In this document: positions 41,030-47,779 of the stretch, piece by piece
Numbering within the stretch: position 1 is the stretch's first letter
Layout of the letters: every line of letters starts with the position of its first letter
From: Christensenellaceae bacterium
GTDB taxonomy: Bacteria > Bacillota > Clostridia > Christensenellales > UBA1242
DNA: 47,779 bases
Assembly (NCBI GenBank): GCA_031256235.1
Contig: JAIRQZ010000009.1
Location: 1 to 47,779, forward strand
Direction: 5' to 3'
Made by a program: the position numbers and the translations under genes
Notes under the pieces: model-generated
Seen by the model: only the letters and a program-made list of their open reading frames with translations
The model's database searches: none
Told to the model about the DNA's origin: nothing

Positions 41030-43720
41030 TTACTTTTTTTTGCCGTCGCCCGAGAGTGCGTATGCAAGGCCCGAGCCCAAAGTTGCGATAACAAAGACGC
41101 CAAGGAGAACCGACCAGATGATGATTTTTTTGATGTCTTTGCCACCGGTAGGGACTTCTTCGACGCCTTTCCAAATGTTGTCGCGGTCGATGGTGTCGCC
41201 TTCGTCGCCGTCGTCGGGTTCGGGTTCGGTGATAGGTTCATCGGGGTCTTCGGTTTCGGGGCCAGTCAATCCCAAAAGTTTGATTGTTGTGCCGTCGTTC
41301 CAAATCAAATATGGGATGTCCCCATCGGTGTTGCTACCATGTGAAGGATTGTGAAGCGGTGAGTTACTTAATGCCCAAATGTTCAGGACAGTAACAGTTT
41401 CTTCCTCGGTAAGGCCTTGGATAGCGACACCGTTGCCGATTGCCTTGTTAAGGCAGGCCTCGACCAACGCGATTTCGACAGGCGTGATTTGGTCTTCGGG
41501 TTCCAAAGTTTCGTTATATTCGGCGACAGTATTCAAATAGTTTTGAACAAAGTTAGCGATATAGTTTGTAGCATAGTTGTCCTTGAATGTTTGAAGTTTT
41601 TCGGGTGTGTTTACGGGTTCCCAGTACTTTTCAGCAAGGGCAAACAAAAGGTTTGGGACATTACCTTGAGCGTCGATTAATGCCGAGTCGTCTGGATAAA
41701 CTTCCTTGAAGACTTTTTTAACATCGTTAATGGGGAGCCTATCAAACTGTTCCGCATTCATTGGACGTTGATAGAACGGAACCCAATCGACAGGTTGGTC
41801 GAAGTAACCTTCCACGGCATACAATGCACTCAGTTGTTGCATGTGTTGCGCAGCATTTACACCAGCCCAGTTTGTGGCAGTTGTTGTAGGAAATGCCGAG
41901 GTTTTCAATATTTTGTATAACTCTTCAGTTACCCATACTGGTGTATTTGGAACACTGTTAACACCATAATATTCCCTTTCATAGAATTGTTCGAGGTACG
42001 TTTTTTGGTAATAGTAGTTATTACCAAGCGTACTGAATATCGCAGTAGACATTACGTAGTTTGATGCGATGAATTGTTCCTTGAAGGATGCGATTAATTC
42101 TTCCCTGTATGCCTTGTTAATAACATTGGTCATGTCGAACGTATAATAAAGATTGTCTTGGTTGTTTAAAAAGAACGTAAGTTTTGCTTCCATGGTCGTA
42201 ACACTACCACAAACGCTATGCACATTGTCGCCCTCGCCGATAACCTGCCCATCGTTCAATACGTTAGTGACAACTGTAGCACCCAACCCTGCTTGTCCCA
42301 CAACACCACCAACAAAATCAGCACCCGTTACGTCACCAGTATTTTGTGAATTAGTGATGTGCACATTAGCGTCTCCGACGATACCGCCTATTTGGTTGCC
42401 CGTCCCAGTTACATCTCCCGAATTGACACAATTGACGCATCCTCCGGTAGACGAATAATACGCGCCCGCGATGCCACCCACCTTGTTCTTCCCGCTGACA
42501 TCACCAGAATTCCAACAGTTAGCCACGTCGCCATAAACCCATCCCGCAATACCGCCTACGCCGTTGTATTCGCTGTTAGGTGCACTTATGTCACCCACGT
42601 TAAAGCAATTTTCAATGTTGATACCGTTGTTCGCCATCCCGACGATACCACCCACGTAGCCTTTGTCATTCGAGACTGGTGCCTCATTGCTACAATTTCT
42701 GATGATACCAGCGAACCCGCCACCACAAATACCGCCCGCATACATTGACGCACCAAGCGTTAAAGTCCCATAGTTGTGGCAATTTTCAATTACAGAACCC
42801 GGCAAACCATTTCCCCAATATCCGATGATACCACCCGAATAACCGTTGTTTGTATTTTCACGCGTGATGTCGCCATAATTGATGCAATTTGATATTTTTG
42901 TTAAAATCCCCGACGAAATGTATGAAATGATGCCTGCAAGATAACTTACATTTGTTCCCGATTTTGCAATAATTCGTCCACGGAATGTACAGTCTTTGAG
43001 TGTTACGGAAGGAGTAGAGGAACCTGCGTCAAAAGCAATTCCAGCCCCCCCCAAAGATGTGCCGTCGACATGTACATTTTCAACATAGAGCCCACGAGGG
43101 CTGGTCTGGCTACCTGTATCTGGGTCCCAATAAGAACTGCCATAGGCTGTTCGTAATAAGGCGCCTGCATTCGCTTTGGTTATGTAAACATTTTTGAGGT
43201 TAAGGTTTTTCACAGAGAGCCCACAACCTTGTACGACGCCAAAGAGTCCGTCGCCATACATGCCATAAATCGTGTGTCCGTTGCCATCAAAATTTCCACA
43301 AAAGCTATTTGGACCAATCTCGGCCCATTTATTAAGGTGACTGTCGTCGAAACCTTCGGTTCCCCACATATCATAATCCGAGATATCGTTAAGATAGATG
43401 TCATTGGTAAGAATGTAATGAATGCTACTGTCGCGTTTGGTGTATTTTTTTTCAATGTCGCCGTACTGTTTTGACGCCCATTGCAGGAAGGCCAACTCGG
43501 CACCGTTTGAAATCCTGTACGGATTCGATTCGGTGCCGATGTCGGTTGGCATTAATTCCGGGTCGGCGGTTTCATTTGCAAACCTTTCGGCAATGTCCCC
43601 CGACCAAATTGTCGCCGCGTTTGTGTTGCCTGCCTCGATTCCAACGAACACCGCGCAAAGCGATGCAAGTATAAAACAGACCGATGCAACAATAGCAGAA
43701 AAGAGTCTTGTGTTTTTCAT
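41030..43720 (-). CDS. Large surface protein with GLUG-motif repeats, signal peptide and C-terminal TM anchor
   Basis: It has repeated GGIAG / GGIVG ... N(C/S)xNxGDV(S/T)G units, the signal peptide MKNTRLFSAIVASVCFILASLCA (start at 43720 with SD agggaga), an acidic stalk and a C-terminal TM helix. Confidence 0.7.
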   Translation of the reverse strand: MKNTRLFSAIVASVCFILASLCAVFVGIEAGNTNAATIWSGDIAERFANETADPELMPTDIGTESNPYRISNGAELAFLQWASKQYGDIEKKYTKRDSSIHYILTNDIYLNDISDYDMWGTEGFDDSHLNKWAEIGPNSFCGNFDGNGHTIYGMYGDGLFGVVQGCGLSVKNLNLKNVYITKANAGALLRTAYGSSYWDPDTGSQTSPRGLYVENVHVDGTSLGGAGIAFDAGSSTPSVTLKDCTFRGRIIAKSGTNVSYLAGIISYISSGILTKISNCINYGDITRENTNNGYSGGIIGYWGNGLPGSVIENCHNYGTLTLGASMYAGGICGGGFAGIIRNCSNEAPVSNDKGYVGGIVGMANNGINIENCFNVGDISAPNSEYNGVGGIAGWVYGDVANCWNSGDVSGKNKVGGIAGAYYSSTGGCVNCVNSGDVTGTGNQIGGIVGDANVHITNSQNTGDVTGADFVGGVVGQAGLGATVVTNVLNDGQVIGEGDNVHSVCGSVTTMEAKLTFFLNNQDNLYYTFDMTNVINKAYREELIASFKEQFIASNYVMSTAIFSTLGNNYYYQKTYLEQFYEREYYGVNSVPNTPVWVTEELYKILKTSAFPTTTATNWAGVNAAQHMQQLSALYAVEGYFDQPVDWVPFYQRPMNAEQFDRLPINDVKKVFKEVYPDDSALIDAQGNVPNLLFALAEKYWEPVNTPEKLQTFKDNYATNYIANFVQNYLNTVAEYNETLEPEDQITPVEIALVEACLNKAIGNGVAIQGLTEEETVTVLNIWALSNSPLHNPSHGSNTDGDIPYLIWNDGTTIKLLGLTGPETEDPDEPITEPEPDDGDEGDTIDRDNIWKGVEEVPTGGKDIKKIIIWSVLLGVFVIATLGSGLAYALSGDGKKK

Positions 43721-43792
43721 TGTGTTAGTTTCTCCCTTTATCACAAATTTAACACCCTTTTTGTATTTTGTCAAGCGGTTTCAGCATCTTTT

Positions 43793-43868
43793 TGGTGTCA
43801 GCGACAGGAGTTGAACCTGCAAAAACTGGTTTCTAAGACCAGCGCGTATGCCATTCCGCCACGCTGAC
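43793..43868 (-). tRNA. Atypical tRNA: Leu anticodon UAG, Leu-like D arm, but a 5-nt variable loop
   Basis: A 76-nt perfect cloverleaf: acceptor GTCAGCG/CGCTGAC (7 Watson-Crick pairs), D arm GTGGCGGAATGGCATACGCGC, anticodon stem CTGGT/ACCAG with loop CTTAGAA, variable TTTTT, T arm GCAGG-TTCAACT-CCTGT, discriminator A, encoded CCA. Confidence 0.75.
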
Positions 43869-43922
43869 AAGGAATCATATAATACCATACTTTTGGGCAA
43901 ATGTGAAGCATATCAATAGACT

Positions 43923-44249
43923 ATGGACAATGTCGAAAGATATATATCTTTGGCGGAAATTGCGTACAAGAGTGGCAATGTTTCAAAGTCCATTGTTTAT
44001 GCAAAGGCGGCATTGAAATGCGACATTACGCCCGAAAAAGTCACGGCCTTGCGGATTTTCATTGCGCGGGGCTATAGCAAAATCGGCAAAATCGAAGAAA
44101 GCAACAAGGTTTATCGGGCGCTTTTGACCGAGAAGAACTATTTGCCGCCGATTGTTATGGGGCTTTTGCATAATAACTTCAAGCAAAAGGACTTGAACAC
44201 CCAAAAAATCAGTCGAAACCTTGGGTTGATGAAAGTTTGGGTGCGGTGA
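43923..44249 (+). CDS. Small TPR-like repeat protein
   Basis: It has helical-repeat patterns (AEIAYKSGNVSKSIVYAKAAL, ARGYSKIGKIEESNKVYRALL). Confidence 0.35.
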   Translation: MDNVERYISLAEIAYKSGNVSKSIVYAKAALKCDITPEKVTALRIFIARGYSKIGKIEESNKVYRALLTEKNYLPPIVMGLLHNNFKQKDLNTQKISRNLGLMKVWVR

Positions 44250-44250
44250 T

Positions 44251-45198
44251 ATGGTCGAGATTGTATTGCTTGTCATAAGCGCGATTGTTGGGGCGGGATT
44301 TGCTACGGGCGCCGAGTTGATCACGTTCTTTGGCGATACTGGATTGCACCCTGTTGTTATATCCGCCATGGTTGCTGTCTTTTCGGTCATTATTATGGCC
44401 GTGTTGCTTTACGCGCGGAAACGCCCCACCAAAAGCACCCGATATCTTTTCACCACCATATACTTGGCGGTCTTTATTGTCATGACGGCGGGATTGAAAT
44501 CCTTGTCGGGCACGCTTGCCACGGTTTTGGCACTTGGGTTTTGTTGCCTTGTCGTGTTTTGGGGGCTTGGCGGTGTTTTGCGGGTCAACAAGTATCTTAT
44601 GTATTTTGTCTTGGCCATTTTGGTCTTTACCTGCGTCACAAGTTTATTCAAGCCGTCAATTCCGACAGATGTTTGCACCCGACCGAACATTATCATGGGA
44701 GTCGGAAAAGCCCTTTTATATTCGGGCTTGAACTGTTGCATCCTTGAACGCGTGTTTTTAGAGTTGCGAGAAAGAAACTCGGCAAGGCGTGTTTTCATGG
44801 CCTGTGTTTGGGCCATGATTGTGATTGCATGTATGGTCACCCTTATTTTGTCCGCGATTAATCACCTTTCAGTTCGCGCCGAGATGCCGATTCTGGAACT
44901 TTCAAACAACATCATCACAAAAACCGCTGTGTTCTTTTGCATACTTACGTCTATGATGATTTGTCTTTATACTATTGCGTGCGACTTGGCCAATCAACCG
45001 AAGGCGCGCGTTTCATGGTCAGTTCTTTTTTGTTGTGCCGCTTTTGGGTTTAGTTTTCTTGGCTTCAAAAGCATCCTTGGTATTGTCTATCCCGCTATCG
45101 GTGTCTTTATGCTCTTGTACGTTTGTGGCTTGGGCCTGGGCAATCTTTTCTTCGTTTACAATTCCGTAAATCGCTTGAAGGTCGTATCGGATAAGTGA
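44251..45198 (+). CDS. YkvI-family membrane protein
   Basis: The N-terminus VISAIVGAGFATGAELITFFG resembles the YkvI signature IVGAGFASGQEI.QFF. It has about 9 TM helices. Confidence 0.5.
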   Translation: MVEIVLLVISAIVGAGFATGAELITFFGDTGLHPVVISAMVAVFSVIIMAVLLYARKRPTKSTRYLFTTIYLAVFIVMTAGLKSLSGTLATVLALGFCCLVVFWGLGGVLRVNKYLMYFVLAILVFTCVTSLFKPSIPTDVCTRPNIIMGVGKALLYSGLNCCILERVFLELRERNSARRVFMACVWAMIVIACMVTLILSAINHLSVRAEMPILELSNNIITKTAVFFCILTSMMICLYTIACDLANQPKARVSWSVLFCCAAFGFSFLGFKSILGIVYPAIGVFMLLYVCGLGLGNLFFVYNSVNRLKVVSDK

Positions 45199-45453
45199 CG
45201 GAGTTTCCAAAAGCACGGTTTTAAAACCCGGGGCTTCTTCGCGAATTTCCTTTATAACACCGATAACGCCACCCACGGTTTTGACTTTTGTGCCCACACG
45301 CAATGTGTCAAGCATACCCGTGTATTCGGCCTGTTGGGTTTTACGGCGACGGCTTTGCGACGCGACAAGAACCGTAAATACCAAGATAATTACCGCAAGG
45401 ACGACATAAAAACCGATGTCGCCTGATTTCATTTTAAGAAGAAGATTTGTCAT
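45019..45453 (-). CDS. yajC: Preprotein translocase subunit YajC (with long hydrophilic tail)
   Basis: It has a single N-terminal TM helix, then MLDTLRVGTKVKTVGGVIGVIKEI (YajC core). It lies upstream of tgt, as in many bacteria. The tail overlaps the convergent gene by 180 nt. Confidence 0.7.
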   Translation of the reverse strand: MTNLLLKMKSGDIGFYVVLAVIILVFTVLVASQSRRRKTQQAEYTGMLDTLRVGTKVKTVGGVIGVIKEIREEAPGFKTVLLETPSLIRYDLQAIYGIVNEEKIAQAQATNVQEHKDTDSGIDNTKDAFEAKKTKPKSGTTKKN

Positions 45454-45455
45454 GG

Positions 45456-47547
<2,092 letters not shown>

Positions 47548-47556
47548 GACAAAAGT

Positions 47557-47779
47557 CTACACCAAAAGGCAGGCGTCGCCAAATGAAAAGAAGCGAAATT
47601 TCTCTTTGATTGCGAAATTGTATAACTCCAATGCGACTTCCCTGCCGACGAAGGCCGACACAAGCATTAACAGTGTACTTTTGGGTAAGTGGAAGTTGGT
47701 TATTATTGCGTCGACGATTTTGAACTTGTACGGTGGATAGATAAAGATGTCGGTTTCGCCAGCAGTGGCGCGGATTTCG
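47557..47779 (-). CDS. queA: S-adenosylmethionine:tRNA ribosyltransferase-isomerase QueA (C-terminal 74 codons; 5' part outside window)
   Basis: My own translation of the minus strand gives [66 protein letters not shown], then TAG at 47557-47559. It contains the QueA motif TNFHLP.STL. It is not in the ORF track because it lacks a start. Confidence 0.85.
   Translation of the reverse strand, partial: EIRATAGETDIFIYPPYKFKIVDAIITNFHLPKSTLLMLVSAFVGREVALELYNFAIKEKFRFFSFGDACLLV

Noticed and set aside
41030-43720. I asked whether the repetitive GLUG surface protein is a polymorphic toxin or a defence component.
   Set aside because: It has only adhesin-like beta-helix repeats, a signal peptide and a membrane anchor. 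No toxin, nuclease or peptidase motif was seen at the C-terminus.

Overview
This 47.8-kb chromosomal window looks like it comes from a spore-forming Firmicutes/Clostridia-type genome. Markers include sigE, spoIIGA, a SpoIVFB-like M50 protease, mcsA-mcsB-clpC, long-form HPF and RNase J. There are about 60 genes, almost all on the minus strand and mostly housekeeping: clpX, clpP, tig, rluD, lspA, rnj, recJ, a Mur ligase, tsaE, sepF, obg, nth, hpf, rpsI-rplM, yajC, tgt, gpsA and partial queA. There are also five tRNA genes.

The stand-out is an ~8.8-kb insertion (about 4679-13459) that splits the normally contiguous tig / clpP-clpX cluster. It is bracketed by imperfect ~34-bp direct repeats. It carries a class II Fic/HTH gene and an AT-rich, translationally coupled seven-gene operon:
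- NurA-like nuclease
- HerA-like ATPase
- MORC/Hsp90-like GHKL ATPase
- B12-binding-domain radical SAM enzyme
- membrane-anchored DUF4430 (transcobalamin-like) protein
- small polytopic membrane protein
- small PD-(D/E)xK-like protein

I do not recognise this gene combination as any named defence or DNA-modification system, so I treat it as the candidate novel system.

Other observations:
- a (CCAA)13 tract in the 5' end of an O-acyltransferase gene (a phase-variation candidate)
- a perfectly folding 76-nt tRNA with Leu anticodon UAG but no long variable arm
- a 29-nt repeat containing the tRNA-Pro 3' end on both sides of a NUDIX gene
- a tandem pair of paralogous unknown genes
- several catalytically degenerate or miniaturised paralogues (MreB-like, ABC-like, TsaB-like)
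- promoters that abut start codons, suggesting leaderless mRNAs

No CRISPR array, rRNA, integrase or transposase was seen. All calls come from reading the sequence and the ORF track; no database search was run.
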